Positions 27,829 to 40,443 of a stretch of 64,000 bases of DNA are shown one piece after another. Source of the DNA: an uncultured Acidimicrobiaceae bacterium (GTDB lineage Bacteria > Actinomycetota > Acidimicrobiia > Acidimicrobiales > UBA8190). Positions within the stretch are counted from its first letter, which is position 1, and each line of letters starts with the position of its first letter. The stretch covers positions 1,584,064-1,648,063 of the forward strand of contig OY970155.1 of the NCBI GenBank assembly GCA_963706205.1, in the 5' to 3' direction. The translations under genes were made by a program, and so were the position numbers. The notes beneath the pieces were generated by a model. That model was not told where the DNA came from and did not search any database. It worked only from the letters and a program-made list of their open reading frames with translations.

Positions 27829-28767
27829 TCAACGGCCGAGGGGCGCGAAGAGATCGCCTATGGAGTCGACACGGTCGAGGACGACCCCGGGCGTGAACCC
27901 GAGGAGAGGCTCCCCGCCGACCGAGGCGGCCGCCTCGACCTCGTCCCAGGTGACGGGGGTCGACACCGACGGGCCGTCGATCGCGCGCAGCGAGTAGGGA
28001 GACACCGTGGTCTTGGCCATGTTGTTCTGGCTCCAGTCGATGAACACCTTTCCCTCTCGCAGAGGCTTCGCCATCCGCGAGACCACGAGGTCGCCCGCGT
28101 CCGCCTCGAGCTCCTGCGCCAGAGTGTGGGCGTATTCGTTGGTGCGCTCCGCCGGCCAATCCTGCCCGGCGATGCTGGCATAGAGTTGGAGTCCTTTCGA
28201 CCCGCTGGTCTTCGGAAGGACGTCGATGGCGTCCGCCGCGGCGCGGTCTCGCAGCCGCAGGGCGACCCGACAGCACTCCGTGATGGTGGCCGGAGGACCC
28301 GGATCGAGGTCGAAGACGAGGAGGTCCGGAGGGTTCGGGCGATCCTTGGGGCCGCCTCGCCACATCGGAGTGTGGAATTCGACCGCCGCCAGGTTCACCA
28401 GCCACATCATGGTGGCCAGGTCGTCGACGAGGACGAATTCCGTCGTCTCCTTGCCGCTGTCCTGTTCCAGCTTCTTCCCCCACCGATCAGTTCCCCTGCG
28501 GGGGAGCGTCATCGTCCTGATCCAATCGGGAGCACCCCGGGGAGCGTTCTTCTCGATGAAACCCTTGGAGTCGATGCCGTTGGGGAACCGCTTCACCGTG
28601 ACCGGTCGGTGTTCGAGATGGGGGAGCATGGCCGGGGCGATCCGGGCGTAGTAGTCGAGCATCTCGCGTTTGGTGAACCCCGAGGGAAAGAGCGGTTTCT
28701 CCAGATTCGAGAGCTGCAGCTCGCGGTCTCCGACGGTCACCGTCACGCGGGGAGATTCAGGACTCAC
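27829..28767 (-). CDS. ligD: NHEJ DNA polymerase/primase (LigD polymerase domain as a separate protein)
   Basis: 312-aa ORF with LSNLEKPLFP, KRFPNGIDSKGFIEKN, LLVFDLDPGP. GTG start has GGAGG 6 nt upstream, inside the end of the ligase gene (11-bp overlap). Confidence 0.85.
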   Translation of the reverse strand: MSPESPRVTVTVGDRELQLSNLEKPLFPSGFTKREMLDYYARIAPAMLPHLEHRPVTVKRFPNGIDSKGFIEKNAPRGAPDWIRTMTLPRRGTDRWGKKLEQDSGKETTEFVLVDDLATMMWLVNLAAVEFHTPMWRGGPKDRPNPPDLLVFDLDPGPPATITECCRVALRLRDRAAADAIDVLPKTSGSKGLQLYASIAGQDWPAERTNEYAHTLAQELEADAGDLVVSRMAKPLREGKVFIDWSQNNMAKTTVSPYSLRAIDGPSVSTPVTWDEVEAAASVGGEPLLGFTPGVVLDRVDSIGDLFAPLGR

Positions 28768-30256
28768 GGCGCACCTCCTGCGGGCCCTTGTCGTCCCTTA
28801 TGCCGCGCCACGACGGGTGGCGCATCCGACCGTCCATGGTCCATTCGCTGAAGCTCACCTCGCCCACCAGTGTCGGATCGACCCAGGTGGCCACGTTGCG
28901 GTACCGGCTGGGGACCTCGGTACCGAAGGGGTTCACGTCCGAAACCAGGTCGGCGAGCCTGCCGGCCAGATCGTCGAGAAGGGCGTCGGAGAACCCCGTC
29001 CCGACCTGCCCGACGTACTCGAGTCCCCTGTCAGAAGGTATTCCGAGAAGAAGCGACCCGAATCGACCCTGGCGATGTCCTTCACCAGGAGTCCAGCCAC
29101 CGATCACCACTTCTTGCGTGCGTATGTTCTTCACTTTCGTCCACGTCGGCGACCGCTTCCCGGGAAGGTAGGGCGAATCGCGTCGTTTGGCTACGACACC
29201 CTCGAGACCCTGCTCCTGGCTGGCCCGCAGGATGTCGGCACCGGGGCCGTCGAAACGCGGGCTCACTGTCCACGCAATCTCGGGAGCCGACGTCAGACCG
29301 AGTGCTTCGAGCCGCCTTCTCCGTTCGTCGTACGGCTGGGCGACGAGTGACTCTCCATCGAGATAGAGCAGGTCGAAGAGCACATAGACGACCGGTTGCT
29401 CGGCCGCCAGACGCCTGGCCTTGTGGGGGTCGGCAGCGTGGATGCGTGGCTGCAGACGTTGGAACCGCGGCCGCCCCTCGTCGTCGAAGGCGACGATCTC
29501 ACCGTCGATCACCGCCTGGTGGGATCCGAAGTGCTCGCCCAGGGCACGGAGCTCAGGAAACGACCCGCTCAAGTCATTGCCGTTTCTCGATGTGATCCGG
29601 ATCCGACCACCGTCGACATAGCCGATGGCCCGGATGCCGTCCCACTTGAGCTCGAAGGCCCAGCCGTCGTCATCCCGTGGCAGGTCACCCAACGCCGCCA
29701 GCATGGGTCGGATGTCCTCGGGAGGAGGCTCATAGCCGCTGGGGGCGTCGTCCATGCGGTGGATCATCCAGTCGCGTGCGTACCCTTCGACCCGTTTCCC
29801 CCCGGGCCTGGTCGTGGAAAAGAGGACATACTGCCCGTCCACCTTGCTCCCGTGGAGGACGACCATCACCTCACGATCCGACCATTTGATCTCGTCGTAG
29901 GTCCCCACGTCCCACAAGATGACCTTGCCTCCGCCGTACTCGCCCTCGGGGATGGTCCCTTCGAAGGTGGCGTACTCCATGGGGTGATCCTCGGTGTGCA
30001 CGGCCAGATGGTTGGTCCTCTTGTCGAGGGGGAGGCCCTTGGGGATCGCCCAGCTGACGAGGACATCGTCACGCTCGAGCCGGAAGTCCCAGTGAAGGGC
30101 GCGGGCGTGATGCTCCTGGATCACGAATCGTCGGGGCTGAACGGCTCGGCGACCACCGGTGGCCTTGGACCGGCGGGGGGCGGCGGCCGGAACGGGCTCG
30201 GGAGTGACGGACGCGCGGCGCTTTTGGCGATAGGCCCCGAGCTTCTCTTCGTCCAA
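28757..30256 (-). CDS. ligD: ATP-dependent DNA ligase LigD, 3'-phosphoesterase plus ligase domains
   Basis: 499-aa ORF with FVIQEHHARALHWDFRLE (PE domain), ELKWDGIRA (adenylation Lys), LEGVVAKR. Confidence 0.9.
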   Translation of the reverse strand: MDEEKLGAYRQKRRASVTPEPVPAAAPRRSKATGGRRAVQPRRFVIQEHHARALHWDFRLERDDVLVSWAIPKGLPLDKRTNHLAVHTEDHPMEYATFEGTIPEGEYGGGKVILWDVGTYDEIKWSDREVMVVLHGSKVDGQYVLFSTTRPGGKRVEGYARDWMIHRMDDAPSGYEPPPEDIRPMLAALGDLPRDDDGWAFELKWDGIRAIGYVDGGRIRITSRNGNDLSGSFPELRALGEHFGSHQAVIDGEIVAFDDEGRPRFQRLQPRIHAADPHKARRLAAEQPVVYVLFDLLYLDGESLVAQPYDERRRRLEALGLTSAPEIAWTVSPRFDGPGADILRASQEQGLEGVVAKRRDSPYLPGKRSPTWTKVKNIRTQEVVIGGWTPGEGHRQGRFGSLLLGIPSDRGLEYVGQVGTGFSDALLDDLAGRLADLVSDVNPFGTEVPSRYRNVATWVDPTLVGEVSFSEWTMDGRMRHPSWRGIRDDKGPQEVRRES

Positions 30257-30539
30257 GGTTCAGCCGATCCGGGTAGATGACGGATTGTCCTTCAACCTGA
30301 TCGGGAGAAGTTTACCGACGGACACGGCACGAGGCGGTGTGACGACGCCCATCAGGCGGCCTATCGAATCGGTGGCTCAGGGCTTGTCTTCGATCTCGCC
30401 GAAGCGCCCCCGCCAGTGTGCGACGCCAGCTCGGCGATTGTCGGCGGTCCCCTCGTCCGGGTCGAAGCGGTCCACCGCCTTGATGAAGGCGATCGAGGCC
30501 ACCTGGCGCTGCGGTACAGACGGTTCGCGCGCGAGTCCC

Positions 30540-31541
30540 TCAGTCGCCGTCGTCGGCTCGGGAGAACTCCACGCCCACCTTCTCCTCAGGCCGACTCCGG
30601 TCCTGTCGGGCGACGGCGCCGAGGACGGATTTGTCGGCGCGGGTGAGCGGAGGTGGCGCGATGCTGCGGGGGTACAGGTGTCTCGCCCGCACGACGTTGA
30701 CCTCGGCCGCGTAGACGGTGAGCTGCGCCGCCAGGTACAGGAACGAGATCAGGCCCAGAACGCTGCCGAAATAGCCGTAGATCTGGTTGGCGTGCCTCAG
30801 AGTGTGCCCGACGAGAACGGTCCCACCGTACTGGAGGATGGTCCACCCGATGCCGGCCACGGCAGCTCCGGGGATGAGGAGGTCTGTCGTGATCGACTTG
30901 GGTGTGAGTATCCGGAATCCGGCCACGTAGAGGGCGATGTTGACGACCAACCCGACCGCACCGGCCAGGACCTGGAACCAGAGGGCGCCGTGACCGATGG
31001 TGACGAGTCCGGCCAGGAACGTGGTGAGGACGACGTCGAGTCCGAGGAGGGCGACGAAGCCCATGCTGCGACCGAGCCTGGGCAGCAATCCGGGACGGTT
31101 CACCGCGGGCACATTCCATATCTCCGCCATCGCCCGCTGCGCGGCCTGACTCACTCCGAACGATCCCCACACCAAGCCGAGCAGTCCCACGACGAAGCCG
31201 ACCGCACTGCCGGCCCGCAGCGAGCGCAGTCCGCTCGTGGCCAGCTGTCGACCGACGATGGGGAACTGCCCGAAGGCGGAATTGAGGATCCGGTGCTGCA
31301 GTGACGTGTCGTGGGCGAAGAACAGGCCCAGAACGGTGATGAGAACGAGCAGCAGCGGGAAGAGCGACAGGAAGCCGTAGTAGGCGATGAGAGCGGCCAA
31401 CGTGCCGGCCGAGTCGTCGCCGAACTTCTTTATGACGCCGACCACGAATGCAGCACGGGCATGCCGTTGCTGCCAGGCGTCGAGACGCCGGACGGGCTTC
31501 TCCACGAGGTTCACGCTGGCGGGCCTACCCGCTACCGACAT
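30540..31541 (-). CDS. YihY/BrkB-family membrane protein
   Basis: 333-aa ORF with ...AGTLAALIAYYGFLSLFPLLLVLITVLG... and six or more hydrophobic spans. Confidence 0.8.
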   Translation of the reverse strand: MSVAGRPASVNLVEKPVRRLDAWQQRHARAAFVVGVIKKFGDDSAGTLAALIAYYGFLSLFPLLLVLITVLGLFFAHDTSLQHRILNSAFGQFPIVGRQLATSGLRSLRAGSAVGFVVGLLGLVWGSFGVSQAAQRAMAEIWNVPAVNRPGLLPRLGRSMGFVALLGLDVVLTTFLAGLVTIGHGALWFQVLAGAVGLVVNIALYVAGFRILTPKSITTDLLIPGAAVAGIGWTILQYGGTVLVGHTLRHANQIYGYFGSVLGLISFLYLAAQLTVYAAEVNVVRARHLYPRSIAPPPLTRADKSVLGAVARQDRSRPEEKVGVEFSRADDGD

Positions 31542-31903
31542 CGACGATTCGTGGGTTCAATGTTGGCACGAATTGGTCCGGCGATCTTCCCCGAGGACGC
31601 GCACGCCGACGTGGCCATGAGATCCGCCCTTCCAGAGTGCGGTGGCCTCTTTGCCGGTAGTACTCAAGGGAGGTCCCGAGCTGAGGTGTCCGCCGTGTCG
31701 TCCACACGGACGCTCGGTGCCGGCGCAGTGCTTGGTGAACAGAGCAGACCGAACTCCGGCGCCCGGCGGGCGTACAGCGGCTCTGTCAGCGAGGGTCTTG
31801 ATCGTCAAGGCGGATAGGGCTCTGATGTTCCTCGTCGGGGGGACCCCACCCCGTAGAGTGCAGTCCCAGTGCGACCGCCGCCTTCCCCCCGCTGGTCCCA
31901 TCG

Positions 31904-33814
31904 ATGAACCGACTCCGCATGATCGGTCGCTTTCTCGTCGGGCGTCCCCTGTCGAGACAGGAGGCCACGAGCGAGCAGATCACGCCGGTGGAAGGTCTGT
32001 CGGCTTTGTCGCTCGACGCTCTCACCTCCGTGGCCTACGGGCCCGAGGCGATCCTCATCGTCTTGGCCTCGGCCGGCGCGCCGACCCTGCACCTCATCCT
32101 GCCCATCACCATCGCCATCGTCGCCCTTCTGGTCATCCTCGTGATCTCCTACCGCCAGGTCATCGATGCCTACCCCCACGGCGGTGGTGCCTACGCCGTG
32201 TCCCGCGACAACTTCGGGCCTCAGGTGAGCAAGCTGGCCGGTGCCTCGCTGATCGTGGACTACACCCTGACAGTGGCGGTCTCCATCGCCGCGGGCGTGG
32301 GTGCGTTCACATCCGCCTTTCCGGCGTCCACGCCTTACACGGTCGAGATATGCCTGGGGATCCTGCTCGTCATCACCGCCCTCAACCTCCGGGGCCTGGG
32401 CGAGAGCGCCCGCGCCTTCCTGGTACCCACCTTCGTGTTCATCGTCGGGCTGCTGGCCATCATCGCCGTCGGCCTGATCCATCCGCTCGGCCGGGGAGCG
32501 GCCCCCCTAGGGAGGTCGCTCGTACAGACGCACGCGCTGGAGACGGTCTCGGCGTTCCTCGTCCTGAAGGCCTTCTCGGCCGGCTGCAGCGCGCTGACCG
32601 GGGTGGAGGCCATCGCCAACGGCGTCCCGCTCTTCAAGGAACCCAGGGTCGTCCGAGCCAAGCGGACCGAACTGCTGCTGGGCGTCATCCTGGCCGTGAT
32701 GCTGCTCGGACTGGCGGTGCTGGCCCAGAGGTTCCACATCCAGCCGAGGTCCAATCAGACGGCGCTGAGCCAGATCATGGGCGAGGCGGTGGGGCGTCAC
32801 TGGGCCTACTACATCGTGTCTCTCACGATCACCCTCGTCTTGGCGCTCGCCGCCAACACATCCTTCGGCGGTCTGCCCGTGCTCACGAGCCTGCTGGCTC
32901 GAGACAACTACCTCCCGCATCTCTTCGGAGTGCGAGACAGTCGTCTGGTCTTCGGCAACGGTGTCTGGACGTTGGCCATCGGTTCCGGGGCGCTCCTGGT
33001 GGCGGTGCGTGGCAACACCAACTCGTTGATCCCGCTGTTCGCCATCGGCGTCTTCATCGGCTTCACGCTGGCCCAAAGCGGTCTCGTCGTCCACTGGCGG
33101 CGGACCCGGGAGCGGAGATGGGTCCGGCGGGCCACGATCAACGGCGTCGGCGCAATCGTCACGGCCAGCGCCACGGTGATCTTCCTCGTGACCAAGTTCG
33201 TCGAAGGCGCGTGGGTGGTCGTGGTCGCCGTCCCGCTCTTCATCGTGCTCTTCAACCGGGTCGAGGCGTACTACACCCGTGCCGGCCGGGAACTGGGAGT
33301 CGATGTCATTCCGCCTCCACCTGTGCACCAGTCGACGGTCGTCGTCGTTCCCGTGACCAACGTGTCCCGTCTCACCCAGCACGCCTTGTCCGAAGCGCTC
33401 TCGCTCTCGGACCAGGTCATCGCCGTGACCGTGGTGTTCGACGGCGAGCCGGTGGGGATGCCGGAGGCCGACGTCGAGCGCCGATGGCAGGAGTGGGACC
33501 CCGGCGTCGAGCTGCGGGTTCTGCACACGGACTACGCATCGATCGTCCAGCCGATCGTCGCATTCGTCGACGAACTCCTGGCCGCCCACGACCGGCAGGT
33601 GGTGGTTCTCATACCGGTGGTGATACCCGACCGACTGCGCTATCGGTTGCTCCACAACCAGATCGACCTCCTTCTCGCCTCAGAGCTCCGGCGCCGACCG
33701 GATGTGGTCGTGGCGCGCGTCCCCATGCCGATCCATCCCTCCGGGCCACCCGAACACCCACCCCACGAGGATCACCACGGCCACGAACAAGCGGTGGCGC
33801 AGCGCAAACCCTGA
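31904..33814 (+). CDS. APC-superfamily permease with long C-terminal cytoplasmic domain
   Basis: Intact 636-aa ORF with about 12 TM segments followed by a ~200-aa soluble tail. ORF 31642..34017 in another frame is a shadow. Confidence 0.8.
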   Translation: MNRLRMIGRFLVGRPLSRQEATSEQITPVEGLSALSLDALTSVAYGPEAILIVLASAGAPTLHLILPITIAIVALLVILVISYRQVIDAYPHGGGAYAVSRDNFGPQVSKLAGASLIVDYTLTVAVSIAAGVGAFTSAFPASTPYTVEICLGILLVITALNLRGLGESARAFLVPTFVFIVGLLAIIAVGLIHPLGRGAAPLGRSLVQTHALETVSAFLVLKAFSAGCSALTGVEAIANGVPLFKEPRVVRAKRTELLLGVILAVMLLGLAVLAQRFHIQPRSNQTALSQIMGEAVGRHWAYYIVSLTITLVLALAANTSFGGLPVLTSLLARDNYLPHLFGVRDSRLVFGNGVWTLAIGSGALLVAVRGNTNSLIPLFAIGVFIGFTLAQSGLVVHWRRTRERRWVRRATINGVGAIVTASATVIFLVTKFVEGAWVVVVAVPLFIVLFNRVEAYYTRAGRELGVDVIPPPPVHQSTVVVVPVTNVSRLTQHALSEALSLSDQVIAVTVVFDGEPVGMPEADVERRWQEWDPGVELRVLHTDYASIVQPIVAFVDELLAAHDRQVVVLIPVVIPDRLRYRLLHNQIDLLLASELRRRPDVVVARVPMPIHPSGPPEHPPHEDHHGHEQAVAQRKP

Positions 33815-33822
33815 GTCACGCC

Positions 33823-36931
<3,109 letters not shown>

Positions 36932-37290
36932 CGTCCCCCTCCTTGGGTGCTCGCCGTCAGATGCCGTTCGGGGCGCCTGGATTCGGCGGCGCCCAACATA
37001 GGCGCGGGGCGAGGGGAACGGCGGTTGCTCGACCAGACATCCGCCGTCGGCCAGCGGAGACCGTGCAGGAATCGCATCACGAGCGCCGTCACGCGTCTGA
37101 CCGCCAGGATGCTTCTGGCCGCCATGACCGAGGCCGGCCTGGCGGTCGCCGCCGAGGGGCGTCCGAAGCCCGAGCGTCCGATTTCCGGCGGACCGCGCTC
37201 GAGGACGCGCCGGTTGCACTGGGCTGGGCCCGATGGAAGGAGATCGAGGAGAGGTACTTCCTGGGCTTGGTCACCACCGTCGAGCGGTGC

Positions 37291-38619
37291 CTAGCGCGCC
37301 GGAAGTGGCCTGAGTCCGGTGCCGGCGGCGGCCGGTGCCCGTACGTCGGCATACCAGGTTAGGACGACGGCGACACCGGCACCGAAGATGAGGACGGCGG
37401 TGATGCCCACGGCGGACACCACCGGTCCGACGATGAGATTGCCCAGCGCCACCGTCCCGCCGAAACCCATGATCCACAGGGCCATGACGCGCCCGCGCAC
37501 GGCGTCGCCCAGGCGGGTCTGCAGGGTCGTATTCAACGCGGTGATGAAGGCAAAGTAGAAGGCACCGAGGATGGCCACCACGAAGTAGGCGGGGAGAGCC
37601 GTCCGCAGCAGCGCGAACGCGGTGAGGGTGACGGAATAGCCGAGCAGGCAGACCCGCACGATCATCGGCTTGGACGTCTGCGAGAAGACCGTGCCGATGG
37701 AGAGGGCCCCGATCAGCGCGCCGGTGCCGAAGCACGCGTACAGGAGGCCGTAATTGGCCGACTTGGGATCGATCCCCAGGTTGTGGGCCGCCACCACCGG
37801 CATCTGCCCGATGAAGGCCAGTGCCAGCAGCGAGAAAACGAAAACGGTGACGAGGCAACGGCCCACCACGCGGTCGGCTCGGGCGGTGGTGATTCCAGCT
37901 GTCAGCTCGCGCCACCGGCTGGCGTGCCGGGCGGACCGTGGCGCCAAGGGAAGCGCCACCATCATCAAGGCGGCGACGACGAAGAGGTAGGTGAGGGCAT
38001 TTCCGGCGAAGACCCACGACGGTCCGACAAAGTGGTAGGCCACCCCACCGATCGCCGGGCCGATGACACGGGACGCGTTCATCTGAGCCGAGTTCAGCGA
38101 GATGGCACCGGGGAGGTCGCGGCGGCGCACCAGGGCGGGGAGGATGGCCGCGTAGGCCGGACCGAACATGGCGCTCCCCACTCCGACCATGACCACCATG
38201 GCGACGAGCAGGACGTGGGACGGTGCGGGAGTCCTCACCACCCACGCCAGCACCAGGGAGAAGACCAGCTGCTCGAAAGAGAGGACAATCAGGAACCGCT
38301 TGCGATCCACCTTGTCGGCGATGAGGCCACCCACCATGGCCAACAGGAGTGCGGGACCGAGCTGGGCGAAGATGACCACTCCCACGAAGGTGCTCGAACG
38401 GGTGAGGTCGTAGGCGTAGGCACCCAGAACCACGTTCTGCATCCAGGTGCCGATGTTGGATGCGAAAGCACCCAGGAAGACGATGCGGAAGGTGCGGTGT
38501 CGCAGTGCCGACAGTGCCGTTCCCGCCGCCAGGGCACGGTCCCCGTCGACGACCGCATCCTCGATCTCCTCGATGGAAGGTGTCGAGGACTCCGTCGGCT
38601 CCTGCGGACCGGATGGCAC
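37291..38619 (-). CDS. MFS transporter (EntS/MFS_3-like, 12 TM)
   Basis: Intact 442-aa ORF, immediately downstream of a TetR gene on the same strand. Confidence 0.85.
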   Translation of the reverse strand: MPSGPQEPTESSTPSIEEIEDAVVDGDRALAAGTALSALRHRTFRIVFLGAFASNIGTWMQNVVLGAYAYDLTRSSTFVGVVIFAQLGPALLLAMVGGLIADKVDRKRFLIVLSFEQLVFSLVLAWVVRTPAPSHVLLVAMVVMVGVGSAMFGPAYAAILPALVRRRDLPGAISLNSAQMNASRVIGPAIGGVAYHFVGPSWVFAGNALTYLFVVAALMMVALPLAPRSARHASRWRELTAGITTARADRVVGRCLVTVFVFSLLALAFIGQMPVVAAHNLGIDPKSANYGLLYACFGTGALIGALSIGTVFSQTSKPMIVRVCLLGYSVTLTAFALLRTALPAYFVVAILGAFYFAFITALNTTLQTRLGDAVRGRVMALWIMGFGGTVALGNLIVGPVVSAVGITAVLIFGAGVAVVLTWYADVRAPAAAGTGLRPLPAR

Positions 38620-38662
38620 CCCTGCATGGTAGGGGAGGAGCGCGCGTCCCCCGACAGAGAGC

Positions 38663-39253
38663 CTATGGACTCATGCCGTCGAGGATCGCATGCACGGCGA
38701 GATCCCACCGACGCTCGACGGACTCCGCGGTGGTGCCGAGCCGCCTGGCGTTCTCGGCGGCAGCCAGGCCCTGCACGAGGGCGACGAGGACGTGGGCCAC
38801 GTCGGTGGCATCCCCCCGGACCTGTCCGGCGTCGATGCTCCGACTCACGTGCTCTACGATGAACCGGCGCACCGAGCTACTCGCCTCCTGTTCGGAGGGG
38901 CGAGCATCGAAATCGGTGAATGGACGCGAGAACATGATCTCGGCCAGCCCGGGGTTCTCACGCATGAACCGCCGATATATCTCGACAAGCCGAATGATGT
39001 CGGCGCGCGGATCGCCGGAGTCGACCAGGGCATCGAGATAGCGGCGCAGAAGCCGGAACCCCTCGAAGAAGACCTCTCGCACGAGCCCCCATTTGTCACC
39101 GAAGAGCTCGTAGACGGCGGGCGTCGAGGTCTCCGCCTCGCGGGCGATTCCTCTCGTGGTGAAACCGGCGACGCCTTCGTGTGCGAGCACGTCGACGGCG
39201 ACGGCCACCACGTGGTCCCGCAGCTCGGACGTGCGTTGCTTGGCTCTCGGCAT
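38663..39253 (-). CDS. TetR/AcrR-family transcriptional regulator
   Basis: ORF 38663..39316 trimmed to MPRAKQRTSELRDHVVAVAVDVLAHEGVAGFTTRGIAREAETSTPAVYELFGDK (HTH). Confidence 0.85.
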   Translation of the reverse strand: MPRAKQRTSELRDHVVAVAVDVLAHEGVAGFTTRGIAREAETSTPAVYELFGDKWGLVREVFFEGFRLLRRYLDALVDSGDPRADIIRLVEIYRRFMRENPGLAEIMFSRPFTDFDARPSEQEASSSVRRFIVEHVSRSIDAGQVRGDATDVAHVLVALVQGLAAAENARRLGTTAESVERRWDLAVHAILDGMSP

Positions 39254-39335
39254 GCTCCGACCTTCACGGCTCTCTTCGTCGTCGGGCCGTGTCCCGGTCC
39301 GTTCGACCCCGACCATCCTGTCCGCTATCGGGACC

Positions 39336-39363
39336 TTGTTTCGTAACGTCGTTTCAGTATAGT
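39336..39363 (+). promoter_or_regulatory. candidate sigma-70 promoter for the enoyl-CoA hydratase gene (TTGTTT-16-TATAGT)
   Basis: AT-richer patch in the divergent TetR/crotonase spacer: ccTTGTTTcgtaacgtcgtttcagTATAGTtcg, with the small palindrome aacgTcgtt in the spacer. Confidence 0.35.
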
Positions 39364-39395
39364 TCGGGGGCGACGCCGAGACGAGGGAGTGGACG

Positions 39396-40082
39396 ATGAC
39401 CGATGAGGTGACCTACGAGCTCGAGGAACGAATAGCCACCATCACGATGGACGACGGGAAGGTGAACGTCTTCTCGATCCCGCTACTCCGCTCCCTGCAC
39501 GGCGCCTTGGATCAGGCCGAGCGCGACGGTGCCGTCGTCGTGTTGGCCGGCAGGGAGGGCTATTTCTCGGCCGGGTTCGACCTGAAGGTCCTCTCCGGCG
39601 GGCGCGATCAGATCGTCGAGATCTTGACTTTCGGAGCCACCGCGGCAGAGCGTGTGCTTTCGTTTCCGACACCGTTGGTGGTCGAGTGCACCGGTCACGC
39701 CTTTCCCGCCGGGGCCTTCCTGCTCCTGGCGGCAGACCTGCGGATCGGAGCGGAAGGACCGTTTCGGATCGGCCTGAACGAGGTGAGGATCGGAATGACG
39801 GTCCCCTGGTTCGCCATCGAGATCGCCCGCCAACGTCTGCTCCCGGCCCATTTCGATCGGACGGTCGTATCCGGCACGATGTACGGCCCGCATGACGCGG
39901 TGACTGCCGGATTCCTCGAAGAGGTCGTCGCCCCGGGCGCTCTTCGGACAGCGACGCACGAAGCCGCCGCCGGGCTTGCCACCGGACTCGACATGACGGC
40001 CCACGCGGCGACGAAACGGCGGGCCCGTGCCGGTGCGCTGACCGCCCTGCGGTCGGCCATCGAGAGCGAGCTTGCGGTGTGA
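39396..40082 (+). CDS. enoyl-CoA hydratase/isomerase (crotonase) family protein
   Basis: 228-aa ORF with VVLAGREGYFSAGFDLKV oxyanion-hole segment. Confidence 0.85.
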   Translation: MTDEVTYELEERIATITMDDGKVNVFSIPLLRSLHGALDQAERDGAVVVLAGREGYFSAGFDLKVLSGGRDQIVEILTFGATAAERVLSFPTPLVVECTGHAFPAGAFLLLAADLRIGAEGPFRIGLNEVRIGMTVPWFAIEIARQRLLPAHFDRTVVSGTMYGPHDAVTAGFLEEVVAPGALRTATHEAAAGLATGLDMTAHAATKRRARAGALTALRSAIESELAV

Positions 40083-40138
40083 GGCTGCCGTCGCGAGCGG
40101 ACGGTGCCGTGGGCGCTGGCTCAGGCCGGCGGCGCCGG

Positions 40139-40381
40139 TCAGGGTCGGTGGGACCCCTCGAAGGCGGCGGGGAGGCCGTCGGAATCGGCCAGCCGGCGGC
40201 CCATGGCGATGAGAAGGACGCCTAAGTGGTGGGCGAGGGCGGGACGGGGCCGAGGTGCGATCGAACTCTCCAGGTCCTCCGGGGCGACGTTCTGGGGGCG
40301 GCGGTGGCCGTGAGCGGCGGCCTCGAGATCTGCGATTCGACCGGCGACCAGTTGCTCTGCAACCCAGGGGTTCATGTTCAT
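40139..40381 (-). CDS. small hypothetical protein
   Basis: ORF 40139..40417 trimmed to MNMNPWVAEQLVAGRIADLEAAAHGHRRP...HHLGVLLIAMGRRLA. No recognisable domain; coding status uncertain. Confidence 0.3.
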   Translation of the reverse strand: MNMNPWVAEQLVAGRIADLEAAAHGHRRPQNVAPEDLESSIAPRPRPALAHHLGVLLIAMGRRLADSDGLPAAFEGSHRP

Positions 40382-40400
40382 GGCCCCTATGCTAGGGCCG

Positions 40401-40434
40401 ATTCTTGACAAATTCAAGAATATACCGATATAGT
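40401..40434 (+). promoter_or_regulatory. near-consensus promoter TTGACA-18-TATAGT with 8-bp inverted repeat ATTCTTGA-n5-TCAAGAAT over the -35 (candidate ArsR operator)
   Basis: Read directly: ATTCTTGACAAATTCAAGAATataccgaTATAGTtagctcactATG. The -10 ends 9 nt before the ATG at 40444, so the mRNA is very short-leadered or leaderless. Confidence 0.45.
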
Positions 40435-40443
40435 TAGCTCACT

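Noticed and set aside
28750-28775. LigD PE-ligase/polymerase junction as another sequencing frameshift
   Set aside because: This is not adopted as the primary reading, because a GTG with a well-spaced GGAGG supports a real second gene. It is kept as an open check in the findings.
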